DNA from: Callorhinchus milii
Lineage: Eukaryota
Direction: 5' to 3'
Length of the DNA stretch: 64,000 nucleotides
NCBI RefSeq assembly: GCF_018977255.1
Contig: NW_024704750.1
Coordinates: 13,764,001 to 13,828,000, forward strand
The notes under the pieces are model-generated. The model made no database searches. It saw only the letters and a list, made by a program, of their open reading frames with translations, and was not told where the DNA came from. Below are positions 1-12,600 of this stretch, one piece after another. The translations under genes were made by a program, and so were the position numbers. Position 1 is the first letter of the stretch. Each line of letters opens with the position of its first letter.

Positions 1-488
1 AGTGTCAGTGGAACCAGTGCAAGAGTTGGCACCTTCAGAAGAGGAGAGAAATTAAATCTAAATTAAAGGTTTTTCCTATATTTAACATTGAATGGATTTA
101 CATATTCATGAATGTTCAAACATTCCTTTTATATTAAGACTATGAATCTTCAATTTATATCAGTGGAGCCAAGCACAAACACACCACCAGTTAGGACATG
201 CACATAAACAGCATTTCTTCTAGTTACAAAGAACGGCACCAGTTCAAATACTGTTACTGTAAAAACCGTGTTGTTAAGAGTGAACATATTCTGTCTGCAA
301 TGCACTGGTAAGAAACAGAAAATCCTTAAATAAAATAGTGCATTGTAAAATCTTGCTCTAATATGGCAAGCTAACCTTCACATTATTGCACAGTAAAAGT
401 ATATTTCTTTAAAACTTCAAAGAAAGACTCCTGAGATGTATACTGTACTTCTAATCAAACAGTACATATAAAAAAAAACTCATGTGCC

Positions 489-494
489 TTTATT
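489..494 (-). terminator. Candidate MIA2 polyadenylation signal
   Basis: AATAAA on the minus strand about 180 nt after the stop at 673. Confidence 0.5.
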
Positions 495-672
495 ACATAG
501 TGGAAAGTTATCACTAAATATTCAATGCTACCAACAAAGTACCTTTGCTAAACAGCATTAAAAATAATGCATAATGTTCTCAATTGTACTTAGCATCCTT
601 AATGTTCATTTTTGCACCTTTTTTCACCAACCACAAGTATATTTCGGTCTGTAGTTCTTCTCAATCAGACAT

Positions 673-3600
673 TCATTTTTCTTCTGATGGTGGTGGATGC
701 TCTTCTGTAAGAGGCAAGCTGGGAGAAGGAACCTGGAAAGGAAGGCCACTTGTACTGTCTGAGGTTGGTCTATTCGGAAGAAAACTAGGTTGAGATGGTG
801 GGAAGTATGCTCCTGGTGGTAGGGGATTTCTCACTGAAAATAAAGCACAAAATATTGATTATTTTTATGTACTTATAACATCTGACTGATGAACACATCA
901 ACATCAACCTGCACTTATATAGTGGCCCCCACGCAGGGTAGCTAGCGTCTCATAGTGCTTAACAGTGGCGGAGTCTGATTCCGAGCCGGTGGGTGGGTGC
1001 GGCAGGGGGTGACTAAGCACAGCTGAAAAAGAAGGTTTTCAGGCGGAACTTGAAAAAGAGGAGAGGGGACAAGGCGGAGGTAAGTGAGGGAGAGTGTTCC
1101 AGAGTTTCGGGGCGTAGTGGCTGAATGCGTGACCCCCAATGGTACTAGAGGTTATCAACAAGACTGATAATATTTAAGCGACTCACCCTAAAATAAATTA
1201 TTTGCCTGATGCTCACTTCACGCATTCTTCTATCGTTCTCAAATCATTAAATCACTCAAAACCTTTTAGAAGTTCACTTATATTTGAGGTAAATATTTTA
1301 TCTGTAAAAAGTCAACATTTGAATGATTGGCCTAATTCCTGGCCAAAAGAATTTCTCAGGTTTAAATCTACAAAATCAGCTAGAACCAATTTGGTGAAGA
1401 GATTGGAAGTTTTCATTTGAGGATGAAGACAACATTACAGGAAACTGATCTGTTTTCTTGTGTATATTTATTCCTGGCTTATTGCATGCAGACAATTGCA
1501 CTAATCAGAAACATGAGTCAATTACTTACTTCCTATTGGCGGATGTGGTGGAAAACCAAAAGGCCTTGGTGGAAAATGTTCTGGAGGCCCATAAACTCCA
1601 CACCGTGGAGGAAGTAATGGAACCTTGTGTGGAATGTGACTTCTTGGATCAACAGCCAAAGGGGGGTTTCGCATCGGAGAGATGGGTGCAAAAACAGGTC
1701 TAGCTCCAAACTCGGCTTCAGCACGGAGAGGCTGGTTTGATGCATTGAGCATTCCCTGTAGAGAACATTATGAATGTTTAATGTCTAGTAACAAAATCTG
1801 ATACTCAGAACAAAATCAGGGAGTAGTGTCATCAAAGAAACATAATCCAACATATTGTATTTATACAGCAATCTTCACGTAGAATAACATCTCATAGCAC
1901 TTTACAAAGATGGCGTCAGATGCAGGGCGAGGGTGGAGGGTGAAGCGTGACGAGTTGTGGAGGAAGAAGTTTTTTTTAAGAAGGGATTTAAAATCAAATA
2001 GAGTGTCAGATGAGGCAGAGGGGTAGAGGTAGGGAATTATTGCGGTTGGGAGTGTAATTACTGATGGTTTAGTGGGTGAGGGACTCTGCAGCCTGAGTTT
2101 GCCAAGTGGAGGGGGAAAGCAAACGAGTGGAACAGAAGATCACACAGATATGGAGGTATTAGAGCATGAAGGTATTTACAGGTGAGAGTGAGGACCATGA
2201 AATCAATCCTTTGGGAGAGAGAAAATAGATCCCTAGGGGTGTTGTAAGCTGAATAGTATTCTAGCTACAGTAATGGTTTTAGAAAGCAAGTAGTGTAGAA
2301 ACAAGAACATGGACATTGGAATGGCAGATTTAAAGAAAAAACATTTAGAAGCATTTTAATTATGCAAGATTAAACTTACACGTCCCTGGAATTGATTTTC
2401 TACAGAAGAATCGGAAATTTCTCTAATTTCCATCTGTGGACGACCATCTGTACAAACCAAACTTCATGTTAAGTAGATGAAGTGACATCCTTAACTTCTC
2501 AACTACTACAGCAGTAATTCTTGCCTAATAATGAGCTCTTACAGCACAACAGATGAGTTCACTTTTCTGGATGTGGTTAAGCCTTGAGCTGCCAACGTAT
2601 TTCCCTGTTGGCAGATTCTGCCTCAGCCATCCACATACAACAACAATATGTAAGGGATAGCAAAATCCAGGATGCGGCTGTCAAATCTTAATTATCTGGA
2701 CTTTCAGTTAACTTCAAAATCCCTCCTTTTTAAATAAAAAGTTGCTCCTAGCTCCAAGAATGATAGAGAGAGTCAGGTGGAAAGAAAAAGCCTGTAAAAT
2801 GTTTTAGAACTTTTAAAAGATTTGAAAGAAGTTAAAATAGGTTAGATGAAGTCAAAAATATTTCTACAACTTTAAGGAAAAAGCAAGAGATTGATCTTGA
2901 TTATTAACAGACTATTCTTATGAGTTTGCATATTTATTTACTCTTCAGTCTATTCCAAGAATATTGTTAGTAAATGCCTCCAGTCAAATGACATTGTAAT
3001 AGTTTTGCAATTTAAAATCTCCAAGATATTGTGCATGGCCCTTGATCACTGAATAATCACCAATGGTGCATCTATAGAGAGTTCGAAGGTAACTTAAAAA
3101 TATATATTAATCCTGGGCAGTAATTGAAAATTTAAACACTAAGATTGTTAATGCAAGCACCTAATTGTACAGAACTTCTAAGTGTTAAATCAACCTACTT
3201 TGTTTCACTATATCTGTTCACTCCTTTTCTACTGCTAGAATACAAAAAAGACCAGAGTGCTACAGATACTGTACCTGGTCTATCTAGAGCATTTCTGTGC
3301 AATTCTGCTGGTCCACAAAATCTTCCTGAAGATGTATGGTAACCTCTTTCTGGTGCTCGGTCATAAGATTCATTATAAGCATTCCCTATTCCGCATTTAG
3401 AACACATGGACAGCATTGTGAAACAGCATGCACCGACTGGTTAAGAGCACTATACCAAAGATTTCCTGAGAAATGTAAATCTTTAAAAGGATTTAGTGCA
3501 AATTATTAACAGTTGTATTCAATTCTATTATCAAGTAATCCCAATCTAGTCACCACTTAAATTCATCCTCTGTACAGTATTCTATTCTACTAAGTATTTT

Positions 3601-6600
3601 GACCTATATACCTGGTGATGCTCCAATTAGCCTCCGTTCTCTTTCCCATGTAGGGGACAGGGATCCACTATCAGACTGTGGACCGTGGTGGTCAGACATT
3701 CGGTCAGAAGCTGAATCCATATTTTCATTACCAGGTTGATCTGGATTGACTGTTGGACCTTTTGCTATTAACCAGGAAAAGAAAGCAGAATTAATACACA
3801 ATTCCAGTAATAACATCCATAATTCTGAACAGATTGCCACATTTTACTTGCTTTAAAATAATGTTTAAGCATTAAAGTAGACCATAAATGCAGTAGACCA
3901 TAACCCAATTGCTAAGCATTCTGTATTTCTTGTTAAATTAGATGAAATACACTACTTCTAAAGTCTGGTCTTCCGGGGAACAGCGGTGAAAATCTTAAGG
4001 GTCCGTCCAGAAATGCAGGCGACAGAAAACCTCCGGGTTCAGGGGAAGGCCGATCCACTAGGGAAAGACCATACGGAGAGCTTCCTCCTGAATAAATAGA
4101 TACAATAATTATTTTGGAGCATAAAGTATCTATTTCAGGTACAAATTGGAATTAAAAAAGCAGTATTTGATCAGTTAAAACACCGACAGAAAACAACTGC
4201 AGTACCTCTGTACTGTGGAGCAAATGATGGACTTAGTAATGCTGGCCTCCCAGGTACATTGTTAATAAATGGTTCCTTCAGTGCCAAATCCATTGTGAAT
4301 TCAGCTTCAGTTATCCTGTGAAATTCAGAACACACTTTTTTCACACAACTGAAACAAAGGCAGGGAGTGACTCTCGAAAGTCTGTTCACTTGCGAGTAAG
4401 TGAAACTTACAGTAAGTTTGCACTGTCAAGAAGCCTACAGGTATAGAAGCAGCCTCAAGTGGTATATCGGCATCAACAAAGAAAGAAATTCCATTGCAAT
4501 TAATAGGGATGTTTATTACACTGATCTGATAAATAATCTTAAATATAGTGAATATACGCCTTAGTACTTAATACTGATGCATTTCAGCAACTCACTCAAC
4601 CATGCTCTTTTTTTAAAAAAGAAATAAACAGTTCTCCCAAGCACAGAACATATAATCAATTCACTTTACAGTATATTCTGTGAAGTGCTTTGAGACGTCT
4701 CGAAGACGTGATAAGGCGCTATATCAAATGAAAGGATGATTATTTTATAGAACAGGAATGAAGATAAAATGTTCTGAGAACAGGTGGCAGCTTACTTTTG
4801 TCGAAGGTGGATGTTCTCTCTTTTAATGTTTCCGTGCTCTCGATCAGCTTCACGAGCTGACAACTACAAATAAAATTACTTAATTTTTAACAAAAAAGCT
4901 GCATTAAGATGATCAAATACTAAGATGTCTAGAGATTCTAAAGATAACCCTTAGGGACTTAAAGAAGCAATCCATTCACAAAACAAACTCAAGCTTATTC
5001 AAAGATTGATGATTTTGCTAATTCTGGTTTAAACATTCATCATAAAAAAATACAAAATCAGTATAGCAGGGGGTTATGTAATTATTTTTCAGGGCTAGAC
5101 TGTGAAATACTGTTTAATTTCACAGATATTGGAACATTTATCGTAATATAAATTTTATAATTTAGAACTGTAGTTAGAGAATGGCGACACCCAGGGTTTT
5201 GGTTAGGAATATTGCATTTGTCTTCCAAAACTCACCCAATTATCATGCGCTTTTTTCTCATGAGACGCAATCTGCAATGCAAATGGAAAGGAAAAGTGTT
5301 GACTAAAGGTCAATGTAAATAACATTTTATTTCTAATGGTTTTGAAGCAACTAATGCAATTGTGAGCATTTGACAATATTGACTGAATCTGTTTTCTTTG
5401 GACACTTCAGCACTCAATGCATTAAATGCAAGTATATTTGAGGTTTAGCACAACAGAGGTGAAAGGCGAGAGTGGGTAGAGACACAACCTAAAAGTATGT
5501 ACATCAATCAGATGTCATGTACTATAGTATGATGATTATTTTAACAAAAGAGTCAGCAAATACCAGCAAGCTCGCTGGCCAGTGCGTTACAGAGGATGTT
5601 GCACAATTGAAAACTGAGTTATTTAAGTGAAACAGGAAATACCTTGTTGATTTGAAATTTTCACAAGGAAGTATTTCAACATTATCTTTAATGATTTCAC
5701 AGCACAGACTGGGGTTACACATGCAGCAAAATTTATTTTTTAACATACCTGGTTTTTATAACATTGAATAGTTTTAACTAATTCTTCTTCGAGGTCTTTA
5801 GAACGCTGTCTGCAAAAGAAGAGAAGTGGAAGAGTAACAGAATTCGAATGGAAAATTCAAGACATATCAAGTGACAAGCTAGTTACACATTCGGTTACCT
5901 GTAGCAGCTGAGTTCTTCAGCCGCCTGACTGAACTTCTGATCAGCTTCAGAAAGCTTTTCTTCCTTCTGTACACGTTGATTTTCTTCCAGAGTTACCTTT
6001 CTATGGTCAATGAAATGATAGTCCATAATTAATTACAATACTGTATGCTGTTCCTAAAATACTAATTTTAAATTGCGTCCAGCAAGGCTGCAAGACACAG
6101 GGTGATTGGGATGAATACAGTGAATAGCATACCAACCTCTCACAATCAGAGGTTTCAGGAATCTACAATGCAATGGGCGCTCAGCAGTTTTTAAAGGCTA
6201 GAAAGAGTTGTATTCAGGAAAAGACAATTGATCTGCCTTAACAGCACAGGCCTGTCTCTTGCGGGTTTTGCCAATCTCTAGGTGCAACTATTGGCTGAAC
6301 AGCAAGTTTTGAACACAAACAAATGCAACTCAAACCACAACTAAATAGAAATACACATATTATTGGCTCTTGTTGCTAAGAGCAAGTAAGGAAAGTAGTG
6401 TCAAGCCAGGATTGTCAAACGCCTTGGAATGTCCTCCTGACATGAAAGGCGCTATATATAAATGTAAGTTTGTTGTTGTTTTGGAAGTTATCTCTAACCT
6501 TCCCCCAGTGGTGGCAATTAATCTCATGGTACTATACAGCAATAAACCACCACATTTAACACAATGTCAATAATGTAAGAGGGAAAATACTAATCAGCAA

Positions 6601-9600
6601 CTGAATAACTGACAAGCAGGGCATTTGTTCTAGAACATTTTCTGCTGTCCATATATTGGGATCGGTCACTTGATCTTCCCACCTTTGAAGCTCCATTTCT
6701 TTCTCGTGGTACATTTCAGTCATGAGTTTCAGCTTTTGTTGGAGGGTTTTATGATCTCCTTGAAAATGAGATTTTTCGCTCTGTACAGAGCTCTGTTCCA
6801 GCTGAAGTTTTTCAATTCGTTCTGCCAAAAGAAAAAGATAACTTTTAATGAATACATCACAAGTTAAAGTTACATTGAATCTTTAGTAAGTTTAAAAGAA
6901 TTTTCATAAAAGATGAAGCAAGGCCAACAATCACTATTTATATTATACTCAGAGTAACAATTGTTATACAGGCACATGAATGCAAAAATATAATTTTCAA
7001 GCATCGCAGTATACTGCGCTCAGAAAGTAAGAAGAGCTAATATTACACACTTTTAAATATTCAAGCAAAATAATATAGATAATAAAGCATGGAAGACCAA
7101 GGCATCAGGGGCAACAGAAATACATTTCCTTGGCAAAAAGAGGCATTTTAAGTGGCATAAAACCCATAAACATAGAATTTGATCTGTCTTGTCCATATCC
7201 CAAAAACTCCTGAAGGGAGAGCATCTAATCAGGTAATGGGAAAATAAGCTAAAGGGTCTTCGAGCCAAGGCAGTATAGAGGAACTTTGCTTGGGAGTCGG
7301 TACATTAGTATTTCAGACTGGGCTGTCTTCCAAACCATAAAGATGCAGGCAGTTCACAGTGGAACGTAACATCCCAAAGCAATTGAAACTAAGCAAACAA
7401 AGTGAAGCAGCACTGACATGTTGCTCCCATGACTAGCCGTAAAGGTGACTCTGTTACATTACTTGTTACCCATTTTGTTACAAAAAGTGCCAGTTCAAAT
7501 CTTCAGCTGCCCCTGCGTAAAACCATTCTCCCAAAGTCAGTTAAATTTCCTCCCCCCCCTCCATCACTAATCCAATCTGGCTTCTGTAAAATAACCAGTT
7601 TGTGCCAATATAACCAGGGTCTGACATTGCAATTACCTGTCAGCTCTTGCTTCGCTTTGATTTCATCAGACAGTCTGCTATGAATATGGTTTCTTTCTTC
7701 TTCCACTGACTTCAAGCTGGCATTTAACTAAAGAGGATTCAAACAGTTTATTCAAAATAGATATGGAAACACAACCATAATAAATATCTAAGATACACTT
7801 CGCATTTCTTCTTAACAGATTTCATAGCTGAAATAAAGTGAGGAGAATTTTATTGATAACCTTGTGGTGTCTCGCACCAAGCGCCACTAGGTGAACGACA
7901 AACTAATTCACACGTTCTCAAAAGAGAAGCCCAAAAAAAAGCAAATCATGTAATTTGACTACAAATGTTCCCAGAGTTTCTTCCACTGTTTTCTTTGAAC
8001 ACAATTGAAATGATCAAACTGGTGGTCAATCCTACACTGAATTATAACCATTCAACATTCAGCTTCTTAAGGCTCACTGCAACACCACAAAACAAAACAT
8101 CCCAGCATGAAGCAGAACAGTAAGTTGGGAGAGTAGTCCAAGTCTTTTGATCACTTCATATATGCCAGTTGAACACCATTCTATTCTTTCTGACCTAATC
8201 CCACAAGACTGGCATTTACTGTTGTTCGTCAGAGCAGAATGGCTTGACAGAAATCTCGCTGAACCTAATGCAGATGGCAATGTCCATTCTTAACAAAATA
8301 AGCAGATATTGCAGCACAAATCCATTGCACCACTGGTCAGTAGTGGGATCTGATTATGTTTGGTGCTCCTTCTTTTACACGTTGAACTCTATGGATTGTG
8401 GGAGTGGGAAGGAGGGAAAGAGAAAAAGAGAATAATTTCAAAAAGGCTATTCAGAAGGTATTTTTTGTAGGTCAAAAACAGAACTGATGTTACAGTCCCA
8501 CTCAACGCTACCTGTGAGGCCAAATTCTGAATCTAATATAATACAGTAGATAGTGCTACATCAATTCATTTCCTTGTACATCGTGTCTTCAACAGGGATC
8601 ATTAATGTTGGAATAATTTGTTTTTTGATCCCTTAAATGTGCCACATACTATTGGGTGGAGATTTAGAAGGGAATAAGAGTACATTATCGGTTGTTTTTA
8701 AAAGAATCTAACTAATATGTTGGTACAGTAAAACTTACCTTAGCAACAAAAATTAATTTCTCAATCTTTTGCTTCTGTTCTTCTTCTGTTATCTCTGCTG
8801 GTATAAAGGGTTTTTAAAAAGATGTCAGTGACACTCATTGAAACTTAGGACATCAGGTCTGAAAAGGATGCCATAGAATACAGTATTGTTCTCCTAGATG
8901 ATATGTTTAAATCTCAGGAACACACACATACAGTGTATGTATATAACAATAGTTTGCTGAGTACAGAACAGACCTATTTCGCCCACATTCCTCTCAACAT
9001 ATTTGAATTCAGCTACAATGTTCAAAAGCTGGTTACTGTCTAAACAATGTTACTGGTATAATTTATAAATACTAAAACCAATGTTTGCCAATGTTAGGGA
9101 ACATCCCAGGATAAGACTGCATAATAGACTGTAACTATGTATTCATATGCTTAGTATTCATACACCCTCTTTCCGTACTTCCATTTGTTTTCAGGTGGAT
9201 GCTCAGGATTATTGTAGGGTCAAAACTGTTTTTCTCAAAGTTAAGTTAGGTTTTTAGTTACATCATTCCAAAACCTACTGCACAAATGTCAGCACAATCG
9301 TCAACTAAAGATATGCAGGTTTTGAATAATTGTGCTCGTTTGGTGGTCAACAATAGACATGTTCCACTATTTTAACATGAGTGAACCGAATAGGTCATGT
9401 TTCGGAAACAAGAATGTGCAAGACTGAAAAGGACGATGCATAACAATATTTCTGCTTGAATTGAGTCGCCGATTATTTACCCGATTGCTCCCCATTTTCA
9501 GTTTTATTCTCCGCTTTGTCCCATCCGTTACCTTCTGTGGGATTATCCCCTTCCTCTGAGTTCCACACCCTCAATTTCAGAAGGCAGTCGGTTAGAGACT

Positions 9601-12600
9601 GGAGGGAAAAGAAATTCTGAAATTAACAGCTTGTTTCATTGGCTGCTTACAATAGTTCAGCTTCAGTTCATAGAGGACGCCTTACCTTCACCTGGTTATC
9701 TTTATTCTCAAGAATCTCCTTCATGTCCTTCTGAGATTTCGCGCATAACTTAATTTGTTCTGTGAGTTCACTATGCCGTTCACCCCACCCTTCTGCTTCT
9801 TGCAAGAGCTGCATGCAAGACGAACAGTAAGATCAAAATTAGGAAAATAAATTCCAAAGGCACTGTGATCGCACATACGCATACTGGACTCTTTTTCATA
9901 CTGGAGCATTTAACATGATGCTTCAACTTGAGAACTCAGCTCATTTTTACTAGAGGATAACATTTGAGACGTACCTGCTCTTTACTTTGTTTGAGGTGAT
10001 AATTCTCCTCTTTTGCAGCTTGCAAGGATTCCTGACGTCTTGTGTCATTACTCTGAATTCCTTTCAATTCACTTTTAGCCTTAAATGACACGTGCAAAAA
10101 AAATGAAGTTGATCTTTTAATTCAACACTTTAAATTGTCAAACACTTCGGTTGGCTGATCACATATTGTTCATCTTTACCTCTTCAACTTGGATTTTGAG
10201 ACCATGTGCTTCAGTTTCCAAGGCATTTAAATTTGTCTGAATTTCTGTAATCTGCAAGTAAAATTACAATTAATAGCTAAACAGGACCTGGATCTTTATT
10301 TTATCTTTGACAGATGCCTACAGTTGTAAATCAAATAGAATTGTTAGTAATTAAAAGACAAACATGATGGTTACATACCAGACTATCATGTTCAATTCTT
10401 GTACGTTTCTCGGTCTCTAACTCTTGTGTGAACTGTTCAACGGCTTGTCTAAGATTGCCATTGGACTTGTCCAACTTGGCATATGTGTCCTGAAACAAAG
10501 GATTTCAATATTATATTGAACTGTATTCAATATACGTATCCCCATTTTGTTCTGGTCAGCTAGATATCTACATTCAGGGAAACCCATTACTACTCTTAAG
10601 AGAAGGCAAACCAAACTCCTGAAAGTTACACATAGGCTGATATTAAGACTATTATTATTACAAAACTAATACATATGATATTCCTATTTGCTAGAAATAG
10701 GAGTGCAAACTGTATCCCCAGTGCATGCACCAGGGGATGCCTGCCCATTCCGTAAATATTTCAACATTTCCAGTAGTAATAATAATGTATATTGCCATAT
10801 ATTTATCCATACTAAATTCCATCTGCGATTCCTTAGCCATGATCCCACTGAATGCTATCAATCTCCCAATTTTCCCAATAGATTACCATGCATAACTCCT
10901 CAGCAAATGTTACAAAAATGAGAGAAGCTCTCCTCTGTATAGTTTATATTTAAGTAAATAGTATTTTTTCTTCACTCTTCTTTCACAGTATTCTCACCTG
11001 AAGATTCAGGGTCCTTGTTTCTGCTGTCTCTTTGCCGTCAGTAAAGTTCTTTAAAGAAGATTCAATGTTGTTGTACTGAAAATGACAGAAGTTACTTTTT
11101 TAATTATGGGGAAGCCTTGTAGTCAGAGCTTACATTTATTTTCTGATGTTTGAAAAAAAAGAGATCTCTCAAATTATATTTAGACATTGAATTGTGTGAG
11201 TGTGTGTGGGGTGGGTGGGGGGGAGAAGAACAATTTTGTAATAGTACTGGCTTTGACTAAACATTTATTACAGTTGAAAATATTCTCCTTGTTAAAAATG
11301 CCTTCAAAAGCTCTAAAGGGTACATAACGCTGTCAATCCATCATTCTCAGCAAGCTAGTGAACAGGACTGCTTCTGTTACTATCATGCTGACATGGTTTC
11401 ACCACAGTACTTTCCCTCAATTTCTTTTAAACTGTCACAAATCATTGCATCAGTACAAAAACAGTATTGTAAACAAACGCTTAAAAAAGTATTTTAATTT
11501 GTGACAACATTTAGTTGTAAGCATCAGTTAAGTCATATTTGTCAGCACAGATCAAGTTGAACCTGATTTCAATGGTTTAGTACACCATGTGGTACATAAA
11601 ACTTGAGCTGCATGGTCAACCCAGTTTTGGCTTTCCATTCAGATCTAATGTGCTTCTAGTTGTCAATAGTACTAACTTAGAAAAATATCAAACAACACAT
11701 CACTTTGATCAATATCTATACCTTTTGTTCACAGTCACTTAATGTTTCCAGAACTTTGCATTTTTCATCAAGCAACTCAGCAACCTTTGCAGCAAGCCTT
11801 CTCTCTCTCACTAGGATGAGAATTAAAAATATATTCATCTGTACAATGCATTCGTAAAACATACTATGCATAAAATCTATGCAGACTTGAAAATCCAATG
11901 AAGATGTCCATAAAAAGACAGATGAGCATCCTGCAAATGTGCTTCAATGTGAATTACACAAGTGTGTGGATATAATAGTTTAGGTAACTCACCAAGGTAC
12001 CTTCTGCTTCCGATCTAAAACAAACATAAACAATAGTAAATTGTTACGCTTTGCACCATAACAACAATAATCCTTGCATTTGAAAATAGTGCCATTCACG
12101 TCAGGACGACATCTCAAAGCGCTTCATCAGGATTTAATACAGTGCAGTGATTGTCTATTTTGTAGGTGAGTGTAAACATGACAGGTGAAAAGCACAATCA
12201 GCATGTGCTAACGTGCCAAAGGTTATTAAGGCTGATAAGTAATATCAACAACAATGTATTGATAATTCAACAATTGTAACCAAAAAGCAAACTTTGCATC
12301 GGATATTGTTTTCAAATCAGGAGGACTTTTCACTTCACAGGAATTACAATAACTGGCATTTAGATAGCACCCTTCATGAGGGGTAGAGTCTCAGAGCACA
12401 GAGATGCTAACCATTGACATTTACTGTGAAGTGGAGTGACTATGTACTCTGAGGGAGAAAGCTGTAGCCAATTTGCACGTGGCAATGTCCTGCAAAACAG
12501 CTGTGGAATGATGCGGGCAGGATCAATGTACACACACCACATACTTCACAAAGTCATTCGCTTCGTATGTTGATCATGATCGCCTGCAATATACACCAGT

